Source of the DNA: Selaginella moellendorffii
Taxonomy: Eukaryota; Plantae; Lycopodiophyta
Assembly: GCF_000143415.4 (NCBI RefSeq)
Contig: NW_003314321.1
Location: forward strand, 1,064,236 to 1,128,235
DNA: 64,000 nucleotides
Direction of reading: 5' to 3'
Below the pieces are notes generated by a model. The model searched no databases and was not told the origin of the DNA. It worked only from the letters and a program-made list of their open reading frames with translations. Below are positions 1-12,919 of the stretch, piece after piece; position 1 is the first letter of the stretch; every line of letters begins with the position of its first letter. The translations under genes and the position numbers were made by a program.

Positions 1-1686
1 AACCAGTGCCTCCTCCACGCATGAATCATCTCCTCGATGGGAACATTCTTGGTCTCGGGCAGCAAGAAGTAGATGAAGATGGTCATGACGGTCACCAGCG
101 CCGCGAAGAGCAGGAAGATTCCATACTTGAGATGGCAGAGCAGCCACAAAAACGCCTGCGCGATCAGAAACGTGAACAAGAGATTGACCGACACCGTGAT
201 GCTCTGCCCCGCTGATCGCGTCTCGAGCGGGAAAATCTCGCTGGGGACGAGCCATCCAAGCGGCCCCCACGACCACCCAAACGCCGCCACAAACGTGCAA
301 ATGAGCGTCACTACTGTGACGGAGTAGGGCTTGGACAGCTGCTTGGATCCCCCGAATTTCTCCTTCAAGATCACGCCAATGGTCGTCTGCCAAGGAACCA
401 CAACCACGATGATCATCCAAGTTAAAATTTAGGGTTCTTGAGCAACTTACCTGGCAGACGATCATTTGAATGCCGCCTTCCAGGAAGAGGAATCTGCGAC
501 CCCAGCGGTCCACCAGAGCGATGGAGACGAGCGTGGCGAGCGTGATCACTGCGCCGGTCATGACAGCCGAGTAGAGCGCGGCGTTATCCCCGAATCCCAG
601 GCTCTGGAACAGCACGGGCGCGTAGAAAAGGATGGAATTGATGCCCGTGAGCTGCTGGAACGCCGGGATGAAGATGGCCATGACCAGCTGGGGGCGATTC
701 CTCTTCTTGAGGATGTTGCGGAAGGGGTGCTTGACGGCATTGGCGGTCTCGCTGGCCTCGATCAGGTCCTCCATCTCCGCGTCCACGTCCTTGGTGCCGC
801 GGATCTTCTCCAGGATGTTTCGCCCTTGGTCGATCAGTCCCCTCTCCACCAGGCTGTTGGGGGTCTCCGGGAGGAAGAGAGCTCCCACTGTCATGACCAA
901 TGCCGGCGCCCCTGCCAATCCCAGTGACAATCGCCAGCCCCAGGGATGGAGCTTCTGGGTGAAGAAATTGATCACGTTGGCTACCAGGATCCCGATGGTG
1001 GTGGCGAGCTGGAACAGTAGATTCATGCTTCCTCGCATCCTCGCCGGCGCCATCTCGGACAAGTAGAGAGGAACTGCCTGGAATCAAGATTCAAATGGGT
1101 CGATCGATGGAGCAAAATCGGGGAGAACCCATCGCGATCGAGCTTACTTGGTTGCCGAATCCAATGCCCACGCCCAGCATGATCCGCCCCAGGATGAGCA
1201 TTTCCAGATTCTCGGCGCCGGCGTTGAGCGCCGCCCCGATGAGGAAGCTAATGCCGCCGATGAGGATCGAGGGGCGGCGGCCATAGCGCCGGGTGGTGAA
1301 GGAGGCGGCGAATGTGGACGTGAGGCCCGCGATGTAGAGCGAGGATGTGAAGGCCGTGAGCTTCTGGTTGTCATACTTGCAGTAGTCGTCCTCGCGGATG
1401 AGCCCCAGTTTCTTGCGATACACCACCGGGAAGAATTTGATGAGGAAATCGTTCATGGAGGTCACTCCTCCTGCCAAATTGCCAGCGCTCCCATGAGATC
1501 CGATTCCAACTCCACCTCGAAAACGTATGACCGATCGATCTTACCCGAGATCCCGATGTCGTAGCCAAAGATTGATCCTCCAGTCGCAGCGATGATACAC
1601 GCGAAGACCACGTAACTGGTCATTCGGCCCTTGTACTCGGCGGCTCTGGATCCGGGAGCGAGCATTTGGACTCCTCCGCCCGCCAT
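1..1686 (-). CDS. STP: Sugar transport protein (STP/MST hexose:H+ symporter, MFS); 3' end runs off the window
   Basis: Exons ~1686-1545, 1470-1148, 1077-451 and 386-<1 with GT-AG introns. Motifs: [95 protein letters not shown]. Confidence 0.95.
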
Positions 1687-1980
1687 AGCTCCCACTCTCC
1701 CAGATCGAATCCAAAGTGTTTTGGGAAGCTCCTATTTATTTGGCAAGTCCCAGCAAAGGGCTTCTATTATTTACCGAGCTTATCTCGGATCGATCCATTC
1801 CAGCGCGACCAAAAAATTTTCTTTCTCACTTCTTGGTCAACATTTTCTAGCGTTGATGATGCTTGCCTTTGTCGTGTCCGACGACCTATACATCGTCAAT
1901 GCCCTGTCAGAGGAAATCGAAGTGGACGGGATTCGAAACTGGGACCTTGAAACAAAATATTTTCTCCTCTCGTGGAGTTC

Positions 1981-1988
1981 TAGGGTTT
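1981..1988. promoter_or_regulatory. Telo-box (TAGGGTTT) just upstream of the TEL2 start in the STP/TEL2 divergent promoter
   Basis: Exact reverse complement of AAACCCTA, ~10 nt before ATG 1998. Similar boxes precede VPS24 (~10927) and TASH3 (~37815). Confidence 0.5.
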
Positions 1989-1997
1989 TAGGAAGGA

Positions 1998-4900
1998 ATG
2001 TCGTCGTCGCTGCTCGCGCTCGCCAGGGCGATCGGCGATCTCCTCGCCGGGCGAGATTGCGCCGTGGACGATGTCGTGGCGGCTCTCGGCGTGCTGCGAT
2101 CGGTCGTCTTCGGCGATCGTCAAGGTTCGTTTGGCTGATCTCTTCACTGGATTATACATCGCAATGCTGCTTGTGTTCAACAGAGTCTTCCAAGATTGGA
2201 GATATCGCTCAGGTATGATATCCCGAAGATATCTCTGCGGTATTATAGTGATATTTTTCGTCATATAGCTTGCAGATCTTTGCAAGCAACGAGGACAAGG
2301 AGAAAATGTGCTTCACGAGCCAGAATGTTTTGGAATCGTGGCCAAGTTTCTTCTTTACAGTAAGTTGCTGCCTCATTCTCATTCTCGGCAGGGAAATGCT
2401 GACTTCGCTTCTTCAAGAGGTGGCACCCGACTGGATCGCCTGTCTCACGGAGAGTGAAAGAAGCTCGCTCTTTGATGATTTTTTCCTGGCGGGCCGTCCA
2501 AGCGAAGTGCTCATGGCTCTGGTGCCGGCACTTGGTACGGAACATTCTCTCGAAAGCGAGTTTGATAACGTTCTGTGCATCCAAGCCGAACGGTAAAAAG
2601 CTCGAAACCTTGAGGCCTGACAACTTGGGAGAACTTTCAGGCTATTGATCAAGTGTTTTGTGGAGAATCCAGGAGTGCGTAACATAGCGGAGGAGTTTGC
2701 TGAGGCTGGACAGCCGTCGCTTCAATGCATCACACAAGTTGCGCAGCTTGTTTCATCTGTTCCTGACAGGGTGCGTCCAAAGGCTCCTGCGAGTCTTCAC
2801 AGCCCGTATCCTTGAAACATTGGTGTTGTTGTTTTGTCTACGTTACGAATTCTTAACTCGAGCCACAGATCATTTCTCAGCTCCGTGGTGTCCCAAATTC
2901 TTTCGGCTGCCAAGGAGGGCTGGGATGGTTCAACCGACAGCCTCGCCAAGGGGAAGTTTCTGTTTATAGGGGAGCTTTTTAACAAGCTTTGCAGGCGTGG
3001 TCACGCTGGTAAGACTCACTTTGGACAATTATTGTCGACTGTCTTAGCTTTTGCAGATGTTGTGGCTGCGAAATTTGTTTCCGAGTTATCACACTTTGTT
3101 CAAACGTTGAAAACAGTTCCCAAGGAGATCACATGCTGGCAAGGGGTAGTTTTGTCCATGAAAGACTTCTATGCTCTCGAGCGGATGGCGGAAGCTGTAT
3201 TGTACAGACTAAACGACTGTTATGTGACAGAACAAGATGCTTACTTTACACTCCACTCGTTATTCGGTGACCCGCTTTCGCACGCAAGTGTGAGGTAAGC
3301 TACGATTTTCTTGCACCAGGTTTTGGAACTGAAGGTTTCTATTGCGCGTGCAGAAATATTTTCACTGACAGGTTTTTACTTTGGAAAGTGTTTCCTTTGC
3401 GTATTTTGAATTGCATACTGTCGTTCTCAGTGCTCTGCAAGCACGGCGAGGAAAAGAACATTCAGAAAGATATCGCAAGATCTCTAGCAGAATCTTGGGC
3501 AGAAAAAAATTACATCCAGTCTGCATCGAACGACCGCCAAGCATGTATGTTTTTCTAGCTTCAGTCTCGTCTTTGTATTGACAAACCACTATCAGATGTG
3601 ACCGCGGCTCTAGGTATCTCCATCAAAGCGATGACTAAAGAGGAGATTTCAGGAACTGACAGTCTTCTAAAATTTATTCTTGACGGTGTTAGTAGTAAGT
3701 AAACACTACATAGCCTTTCATTGTTTGGTGTTTCTCACGGTGCTCTTCTATAGGAAGGCTGGACAGTCCATTTCCACCAATTCGCCGGATGGCAAAACAA
3801 ATTGCTCTCGTATATTCTATCGTGATCAATCCAGATAACCCTCTACTTCTAGACGACGAAGACAATATCGAGGATCTTCAAAACTGGGATGTTCCAGATT
3901 ATTCGGGAAAGAAGGCTTTGGCTGATGCGCCTGAAGCAGGGAACGATGGTATTGCGAGGCAGGTGAAGGCCAAAACTACAGTGGAAGTGGATGATCCGGA
4001 TGCTGTAGTAGATCTGGCAAACCTTGGCGGGAACGAAGAATCGGACAGCGAAAGTGAGGCTTCTCTCAAGCCATATGACATGTCTGACGACGAGGCCGAT
4101 CTTGACAAAGCAAAGTTCCCATCACAGCTGAGTAGCTGTGCTGCGAGCCTGAGAAAAGGAGACGATCCGGATGCAGTAAGTGTTCTGGTTTCTATGCTGC
4201 TTGTTTTAGCTGATATACAACTTGCAGATCGAAAGAGCTCTGGATGTGTGTGAGAACTTCGTCAGGCTAATGCCTGACGAACTCGAGAACTCGGCGGCAG
4301 ATTTGGTCCAAGCATTAGTATATGTGCGTTGTAGCGCCGCGGATGATACGGTGGAAGTCAGACGGCATCGTGCACTTGTGGCTTTGCTGGTCTGTGCACC
4401 ACTGACCAGTGCAGGTGTTCTAACAAAAGAGCTCTACTCAGTTCACGTTGACATGAGCCAACGGCTTATGATCCTGGATGTTTTAGCGGGCAAGTATTTG
4501 CTTATGCAAGTGTTTATCCTGATGTCATTACTTTTTTCCAGATGCAGCGCAAGAGCTTGCGAATGGCGCGGAGCCTAAGGAAGTCACTCGAGCGGCAGGG
4601 CCTTGGAAAGAGGTTTCGCGTCCGTTGTCGGGAGGTTCTTTGCTATCGTGGGGACCGACGTACGAGAGGGAACTCCCACCGCGGCCCGGACAAGAAGAGC
4701 TTGGGAAATCTCGCCGGTGGGGTAAACGGTCGCTTGAGCTCCAAGTGGAAAGGTTGAAGACAGGAGGAGGCGAGTCTTGTAGTTATAAAAGAAACAGATT
4801 TGCTCCGGTTGCTACAGCGTTCATGCTGCCGATAATGCGAGATTACGACAAGAAAAGAAGTGGGCTCGACATAATGGGGACAGACTTCATTATCCTTGCG

Positions 4901-5404
4901 AGACTTATAATGATGCTGGGTGTTTGCATGCAGTGTCTGTCTCTCCAGCCGGATGCACCGGCGTTAGGTGCCGGGCTTATTGAAGTGTTGAGATCTCGGT
5001 ACGTTTTTGTTTTTTCTTTTGCCACTTGCAGCAACTTAGTTTATCTGTGTCTTCTTTTCAGGCCCATCTTCAAGCATCCGGAACCTTATGTGAGAAGAGC
5101 AGTACTCTTTGCTGCTTCCCGTGTCTTGGTAGCACTTAGTCCTTCACATGTAGCCGCACTGGATGCTTCTCTTACCGAAGGTCTGGAGTGGATCCGCGAA
5201 TGGTCTCTTGAAGTTGCCTCTCATGATCCAGATCCCGACTGTGCCAAGGTACCTGAACTTTTCTCAGACGCATTTGATTGAAGCCATCTTGCGTCTGCGT
5301 GTTTTTAGATGGCCGTCGCGTGCCTTCACATCCATTCTGAAGTGGCCTTTCAGACATCAAGATTGCTTGGGCCATCGGGACCACCTTCGATGTTCCCCCT
5401 GTGA
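1998..5404 (+). CDS. TEL2: Telomere length regulation protein TEL2 homolog (TTT complex), multi-exon
   Basis: Spliced pieces include RLDSPFPPIRRMA, SLKPYDMSDD (CK2/PIH1-type motif), ERALDVCENFVRLMPDEL, DMSQRLMILDVL, WGKRS, NRFAPVATAFMLP, HPEPYVRRAVLFA and DPDPDC. Start 1998 (MSSSLLALAR) and stop 5402-5404 are inferred from splice sites. Confidence 0.85.
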
Positions 5405-6418
5405 TTGCTATGGTTTGGATACTAAAGGTGACATACAGCGACACAGTGATTGTCTCAAGCAAAGGATTTTATCTCAACCCGTATCAACGTGTAACTGTTC
5501 CTGGTTTTCAACCAAGGCTTGGAGATGAAAGATTATTGGCAAGACCAGGTATTTGGCATTTTGGACAGCATTTTGGACAGATGCTTATATTGTTTTTATA
5601 GATTACAGAGAGTTTGCGGCTCGTTCAAGCGAAGTGAGTTCGGCGTGCTCTGAACTTGGTTGTCCGTCTCGATGAGCTGTCCCTCCGTGTTCCCGTCGCT
5701 GCAGACCCGGATGTTTTTTTAGAGCAAGCTTGAGTGTTCTGGCAAACAAACGAACACTTAATTTATCAAGGTATGGTATTTTCATCCGAATCCTGTGAAA
5801 GATTCTGGTGCGAATCAAAAAGCTATAGCATATTATTCACGACGTGGGGGAAGTGTGAGTGGACATTGCGAGAATTCCAGTCTTTCTCACATTTGAGAAG
5901 CTCCAGTGACAACATACCAAACCCAACCTTTCTGTGCTGGAGAAGAGACACTTTATATATGTTTTTGGAAAAATATGCAAGCGTTGGCTTGTCAACAGCC
6001 CCATCAGCTGGGTACTTTCAAAGGTCACGTTTTAAATTCTCCCCACTGGTATGTTTTACTTGACACATAGATCCAACAGGACAAGATTCTTCTATTCCAA
6101 ACGCACAACGATTTATATGACGTCCTTTCCCGGCATGGTTAAAACCATGGCGCGTCGATCAATCAACGTCCATGCAACACCGACATGTGTTTATAGAAAA
6201 AGGTGGCGGCATTCCATCCCTGGAGGCACACGGTCGTTCAATCCTAGGGAATTGTACACGCTAGTGCCCAATTTCGATCGTCCTTGCAGGATTAATCTAT
6301 CCGGCACGCCACAAAGGACAATGTTAGTGTATTCGCGATTTAATCACGAGGCAACAACCGGTCCCTCAATGGTGCTGATTGAACTAAAAGTAAATCATCC
6401 CGACGTGTTTCTTCCGGG

Positions 6419-6423
<5 letters not shown>

Positions 6424-6454
<31 letters not shown>
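6424..6454. repeat. (CT)n microsatellite upstream of the MYB gene
   Basis: About 15 perfect CT units. It could act as a GA/BPC-binding element. Confidence 0.9.
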
Positions 6455-6456
<2 letters not shown>

Positions 6457-6629
6457 GCCTACACACAGGGCAGTAGCTGCCATTGGAACAGATTATTCCA
6501 TGCGTGTGTGAGTGCTGCTCTTCCCTTAAATAACTTGGTGTTTTGCTGTCCCTGCTGCATAAAATCCCCTCCCTCTCTTCTAGTTGTGCGTGTGCTTGCG
6601 TGTACGTTTTTTTCACTTCGGGGCGATCC

Positions 6630-7782
6630 ATGGGGAGCCAATCCTCTGCAAAGCCAAAGCTTCGCAAAGGACTGTGGTCTCCAGAGGAGGATGAGAAATT
6701 GGTGAGGTACATTACAAAGTATGGCCACAAATGCTGGAGCATCGTACCGAAACACGCAGGTGAGTATTCGTACCTCAATTTCAAGTTCTCGCGAGCTCAC
6801 AATTCTTGGTGGCATTGTCACAGGCCTCCAAAGATGTGGGAAGAGCTGCAGGCTGAGATGGATCAACTATCTCCGGCCCGACTTGAAAAGGGGCCACTTT
6901 TCGCAACAGGAAGAAGAGTTGATCGTCAAGCTACACGCAGTGCTTGGGAACAGGTGTGTGCTCGAGCGAGCTGGAATTCGATTTGGTGTGGAAATGTAGC
7001 ACTGGATTGATGCTGAATTGTTTACATACAGGTGGGCGCAAATTGCGACGCAGCTCCCGGGTCGAACAGACAACGAGATTAAAAACTTTTGGAACTCGTG
7101 CCTGCGGAAGAAGCTACGTCAAGTTGGTATCGACCCACACACTCACAAGCCAATGGCAGCCGGCCCCGACAGCGTCGCCCGATCGTCCGAGGAACTGGGA
7201 GAAGTAATTGGAGTCTCGGGTCACTCGCTCCACAACAATCACGTCAAGGATAATGGTTTCCGGTTTAGGCAGTCTCTGCAGCAACACAACGAAGAGGAAG
7301 AGACCAGCTTCTCACTTTCAATGCTGCCGATCACGCTCAGCCCCCACCAGCAGCAGCAGCATTGCGACGCAGGCATGAATTTCGTTCCAGCGACACTGGC
7401 ATTCCACCACCAAGCTCAAGCTCACCACCACCACCACCACCAAGCTCAAGTTCAAGCTCAAGCTCAAGAGCAGCAAACGGCAGCGTCGTCCGTGTTCCCA
7501 TTCTGGATCGATAACAGCAGCAGCAACAACAGCAGCTCCAACTCTCCATCGTCGTGCTCCGAGACGACGGACTCGTGGAGCTGCTTCTCGGACGGGATCT
7601 TCTCCCCCACCGGAACCGGAGGGAGCGTTTTCAAGTCGTGGTGTTTCTTAGATTCCTCCATTCTCGACACCAAGATCGACGCTGCGTCATGGCAGCAGCA
7701 AAGCAGCAAGTCACTGGCACACTTTTATGACGACGAGCCCACCGATTCCGACCCCATCTCCGCAGTCTTAGATCAGATGTGA
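6630..7782 (+). CDS. R2R3-MYB transcription factor, subgroup 13-like (MYB55/MYB61/MYB86 type)
   Basis: Exons 6630-6759, 6824-6953 and 7032-7782 at the canonical R2R3 intron positions. [15 protein letters not shown]...[24 protein letters not shown]...[32 protein letters not shown], followed by a Q/H/S-rich C-terminus. Confidence 0.95.
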
Positions 7783-8419
7783 TGTTTGCTTCTCCTCTTC
7801 TCGTCCCCTCCTCTCTCTATATTTTTTAAGGCACAGAGCTCCTCCTCCTCTGTTGTCACACACACGTCCGCGTCTGCCAAAAAAGCTGGATGCCACGGAT
7901 CGAGGTGGGGCTTGGCGAGTCGGTTGGCATTTACTCCCTAGTTGCTCGTGGCCTAATACTTCACCATTCTGTATATAGTTGAAGAGAGCGTTGAGTGTTC
8001 TCTGGTTGATGCTGACCCCGCAATATTCCACATCGTCCCAAAACGAATCTAACAAGCTGGAGTGGAGAGGGCCGTGCGTTGTGGACGAACGGGGTCCAAT
8101 GGCTTGGCTTGACTGTGTCCATTTGAATAAAAGAAGGCCATTTGCTGTTGCTGCTGTCTGTCCCTGCTTTGCTTGGTCGTTGCCGATAATGCCAAGAGAG
8201 TTCGGCGCGTAGGAAGTGGAACTCGCCGTCTTCAAATGCCACGAGCCTGAAACTTTGCGTTTTTTCCTTCTCCAGTGCTCAACAACCTTTGATACCCTGC
8301 TAGCTATAAGGCCATCCGTTCAGGCATTCCCTTCCTCCACGTCGTACAGTACTCCTGACCACCTAGCTACCCGAGCTGGGCCCCCAAAAGAAGTGTCATC
8401 GCGACGCAGACAGCCCGCT

Positions 8420-10328
8420 TCACTTGTTCTTTGGTCTGAAACTTTCTCGTATGGAAGACACCGGCGGGAGTGACGGTAAGGCCTGGAGCGTCAGCTTCCT
8501 CCCGTTCTTAAGCACCGGAGGTAACTTGGTCGTGGTCGTGGTAGCGGTGGCGCCAACCTGTGGTGGTGTAACCCGCTTCTTCTTGGGTGAGCTTGTCACG
8601 GTTGCCGACTGAACCTCGGATGGATCCAGGAGGAAATCTGGGAAGTCGTCTTCTTCCTCTGCCGAAACTGTGTCTAGCGTCTTGCTTTGCAAAGAATGTG
8701 TCCCCGGTGGCAGTGTGCGGCCCCTGGACGAAACTGTCAGCACCGACGTGTAGCCTTGACTCGCAGTGGTCCTGCTCGGCTGCCTCTGGCAGGGCGTCCT
8801 TGAGGCACTAAACTCAGGAGAAATATCGCCATCGTATCTCTCGTGCAGCGGGGTGGTCAGAGTGTAAAAATTGGACGATGACTTGGAACATGCTGACGCT
8901 CCAGTCTGCGGGGCGGGCGATTCAATGTCTCGTCCCGCTGCCCGGCTGTAAAAAGCATCGCATCGCGGTAAGGTGGGGAAACAAAATGATCGAGGTTAAA
9001 CTTTGCAATGCTTACCACGCTCGGGGCGTTCTGAAAAAACCATCGTCGCCACTGCCAAGCTCCACCTCCTGCCTTGAAGCCTCTGATGTACTTACTTGCA
9101 GCTCCGGTGAACCTGTCAAGTGCCAGCATTAACAGTGGCAATACACACGACAGAAAATCATCACCTTGCTTTGCACCAAATGTGTTTTTGCATCCACGGC
9201 ACTTGCATGCATCAGAACAACCGACCTCGGACTTCAAGTAGTAGAAACTGCCGTCAGTATAGGAATCCAGATCAAGCAGAGAAGTCAGCGAACCTGGAAG
9301 CATTCGCAGTACTTTTTCAAGCACAGGGACTTTTTGCAGTTGCATCCGCGCTTGTGCTTGGACGTAGCAGCGGGAATGGCTGCAGCGGCAGGAGCTTCAT
9401 GCTGATACACATACAAAGATAAGTGAATTACTCGATACAAATGCTTGACATACACGTACTACTTCGGCTGGAGAGATCACTCTTGGAGCGAATGCCAGCG
9501 GATTTCGGCTTTGAATCAACTGACGAGTCTCACTAACAACATCTTCGTGTTCCTGCCGGTTGGAGCAATTGCCACATGCGCAAGAATCCAGGCAGTACGA
9601 TCCACTAGCAAAGCACTCACAGTATCTGTGCACCAAACACGCATGCACTCCTTTCAGAGGCCAGAAATAAAAACGAAGAAAAGATGAAAAAAATTAACGT
9701 ACAGCTTGAGGCACTTCGATTTCTTGCAGCTGCAGCGCTTGCAATTCGGATCAAGAGCACTGGATCTCCTGCAGTTAATGCTTAGTGAAAAGCCAAGAGA
9801 GAGAGAGAGAGAGAGCGAGAGAGTTAACTGTCCAAGTTACCTTCTCTTTTTGGGTTTCACCACGGCATGTTTGTCATCTCCATCGTCTGGATCTGGATCC
9901 ATAAGCAACCGCTTCCGTCCAGATTGCTTTGTTTTAACTTCCTCATGAAAAACGAACGACAAGTCTTCGACCGCGGAAGTCCCCCACGACTGGACGCACT
10001 CGTCGCCTTGTCCGCTGTCCGCAGCGTTGTGTTCCTTGTTATCCGTTTCGCCAGAATTGTCTAGTACCGACATGACCGGCTCCGATCCAGCCGAGCAAGC
10101 TGAGGAGGCGGGCACGTCTCGAGAACCATTCGTCTGACACTGCTGCTGCTGCTGCTGCGTGACACGCACACTTGGCTTTGTCGTTGTGAAGCCACCCAGG
10201 CTATTGAGGTGTAGCCCAATCCCGCAAGGCATGCGCGAGCGTACTGCCACCGAGCTCTTGGGTGCAATGCTCGGAGTTTGCGGTTCTTTCCCAACTTCGG
10301 CATCAAATTCTAGGCAGCGTTGCGACAT
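8420..10328 (-). CDS. Tesmin/TSO1-like CXC (CPP) domain protein (LIN54 family)
   Basis: Two CXC domains ([22 protein letters not shown]; [33 protein letters not shown]) linked by RNPLAFAP. Also GIGLHLNSL and the C-terminal [10 protein letters not shown]...[11 protein letters not shown]. The start codon is uncertain. Confidence 0.9.
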
Positions 10329-10955
10329 CGCCAGCTCTGCATCCAAGCAGTTTACACGAAAGTTGTCAGTAAAAGTACTACCAAAAACTAGAACACGTTT
10401 TATCATTTGTTTCCCTCTCATTCTCCAAAGATATACAAATGTGATAGCTAACAATCCTCCTCTCTTCTTCTCTCCACGAGATATCCTAGAATCGATCCAA
10501 ACAGGAGCAAGAAGGAGCAGCATACCTCGAGTCGAGTTGTTTTGTACAATGCGCGCCCAAGAAGAGTGTAGTCTATCAAATGTTACAAATGCGACAAGAA
10601 TCAGTGGAAACGCTCCACTGCCATGGACGCAGCGCCCTAATCTCTGACCTAATGCGCGCTCGCTGCGAGCAAGAAGCACGCCATGGATGGAACGAAGCTG
10701 CGAGAATGCGCGAGCGCTGCGCTGCGCGGCCTTCTCTCCTCTTCTTTGCCCTCGCTAGGGTTAAAATAAACTCTCCCTAGCGAGCGAGCAACAAGAATGC
10801 CATGGTATACACATGCCATTCCCATGCATATATGTCCTGTGAAGATTCACATCAGGTTATCTGGCCAATGCGCGCCCGCCACGTGGAAAAAGCGCGTCCA
10901 CGCTGGCAGATCTAGGTCTCGAAATTAGGGTTTTTGCAATCGCGCGCGAGGGAAG

Positions 10956-12009
10956 ATGATGGATCGAGTGAAGGGCGTGTTCAAGCCCAGGCCGACGCCG
11001 CAGGAGCAGCTGCGCGAGTGGCAGCGCCGCCTCCGCCAGGAAGCTCGCAACGTTGAACGCCAGGTCAGGGGTACGATCCCTCGTCTTCTAGGGTTTTTCC
11101 CCCGCATTCTTGCTGCGATTGGCTGAATTGCGTGAGAATTTGGTTTCTAGATATCCAGCGCGAAGAGAAGAACGTACAGAAATCCATTCGAGAGGCTGTG
11201 CGACGAAATGACACTGGATCTGCCAAGGCAAGGCCGCATTTTCACTTTTTCCTTGTCTAGGTTCTTATATTCTTTCGGTGTCGGGTGACAGTTTCTTGCC
11301 AAAGAAATCGTGAGATCGAGAAAGGTGATCGATCGCCTGTACGAGAACAGAGCTCAGCTCAATTCAATCTCGATGCATCTGGGAGAGAGTGTTGGTAAGT
11401 TCTTCCGCATGGTTTCGTGTTTGCTAAAATTCTTTGGCCATTCGCAGCAACGGCAAAAGCCGTCGGGCACCTAGCCAAAAGTGCCGAGGTTCTCAAGATG
11501 GTAAACAATCTTATGAAAGCACCCGAGATCTCGAGAACCATGATGGAGCTCCAAAAAGAAATGCTCAAGGTCTGTATTTGGATATTTTGTTCTTTCTTTT
11601 TCATGGCATGACATCAAAGTTTGTTTTTTTTTTTTTTTTGGGTCAGGCCGGAGTAATCGAAGAGATTGTGAATGACGCTGTAGATAGTGCTATCGATACA
11701 GAAGATATGGAAGACGAGATTGACGAGGAGGTGGACAAGGTCCTTTCAGAAGTTGCTGGAGAGACAATCTCTCAGCTGCCAGCAACAACAAAAAGAGAAA
11801 AGATGAAACAGCCTGCTGATGCCGAGGCTGCTCCACCACAGGTAAGAGCAACTTTCCGTGCTTTTTTTGTGGAAAAAAAAAAAACGTTGGATCTCTTTCG
11901 TTTTAAAAACGATTTCCGATCTGATTTGCAGCAACAGGCCGTAGCAGAAGGTGACGATGAGGCAGAGCTGGAAGCTTTGAGGGCCAGGCTCGCTGACGTG
12001 AGGTCGTAA
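10956..12009 (+). CDS. VPS24: ESCRT-III subunit VPS24/CHMP3 (Snf7 family)
   Basis: MDRVKGVFKPRPTPQEQLREWQRRLRQE..RQVRDIQREEK, RLYENRAQLNSISMHLGE, KSAEVLKMVNNLMKAPE, EMLKAGVIEE, EEVDKVL, LRARLADVRS. Multi-exon. Confidence 0.93.
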
Positions 12010-12919
12010 CTTGCAAGTGTATGATAAAAGTTTGCCATTGCGACTTGGCAAAGGCTGTGTATAGCTACATTCTCTTCTAGAGAGCCTACAGGTATTTTTG
12101 GAGCTCTTGATTTCTCATTCACTCTCTGCGTTTTCTTCTCTTTTTCTATTCGTTTCGACGAGACGTTCATTGTGGGACCACGGAAGCTGGAACCTCCTAA
12201 CGCATTCAATCGTAAGGTACTCGACACTCTCAACTTGGATCCACTCAAAGGCTCGACCGGGCGAAGCAAATCCAGAAAAGAAAACTGCGGAGAGCATGTG
12301 GTAAACACATGCGAGCGAGTATGGTCGGTGGCAGCGAAGTTGTTTAAGAACAGAGGAGAGACTCTTGCAGGATTTTCTTAAGACTGGATTTTCTTAAGAC
12401 TGGAGACTGAAGATCAAACGAGAAAGGGACTTAAAATTCGTTGTTTGCGAAGAACCAGTCGCGTCGTCACACGCGCTTTGTTATAACTTGAGTTGGACGG
12501 GCACGAAGAAACTGCGAAGACGAAGAAGACACAGAGATTTTGGTTGGTTGTTTGTGGGACTGTTGTAACGTCCTCACACATGCTGTGCTCCTCCGCGTAA
12601 GAATTTCTACCAGGTAAATTCCGAGGTTCTTACTACAGAGTTTTACTTGGCTATGGCGGATGGATCCTCCAAACGAGTCATTTAAGCTGTGTTGCAGGGA
12701 GGGCATGTGCTCAAACCCCATAAAAAACCAATTTTTACGGACCTGTCATCTCTCTCACTCTCATTACTACAAATACTTGAGCTCTCCCTTCGCTTATCAC
12801 GACAGCGAAGAAACAGAGCCCCTGTTCTTCCCTGTTCGATCAATCCACTGCCTCGACGTGATCGATCGATCCAGCGATCGACGCTTTGTGGGTTCGTTCG
12901 ATCCATTCCACGCTCTAGG

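Noticed and set aside
6630-10328. MYB next to TSO1-like gene as a DREAM-complex cluster
   Set aside because: The DREAM partner is a three-repeat MYB3R. This is an R2R3 MYB55/61-type, so the adjacency is probably incidental.
12060-12900. Short ORFs and a possible ncRNA between VPS24 and the EXO-like gene, including a 16-bp tandem duplication at ~12370
   Set aside because: There is no recognisable protein, snoRNA or miRNA signature. It is likely UTR or promoter sequence.
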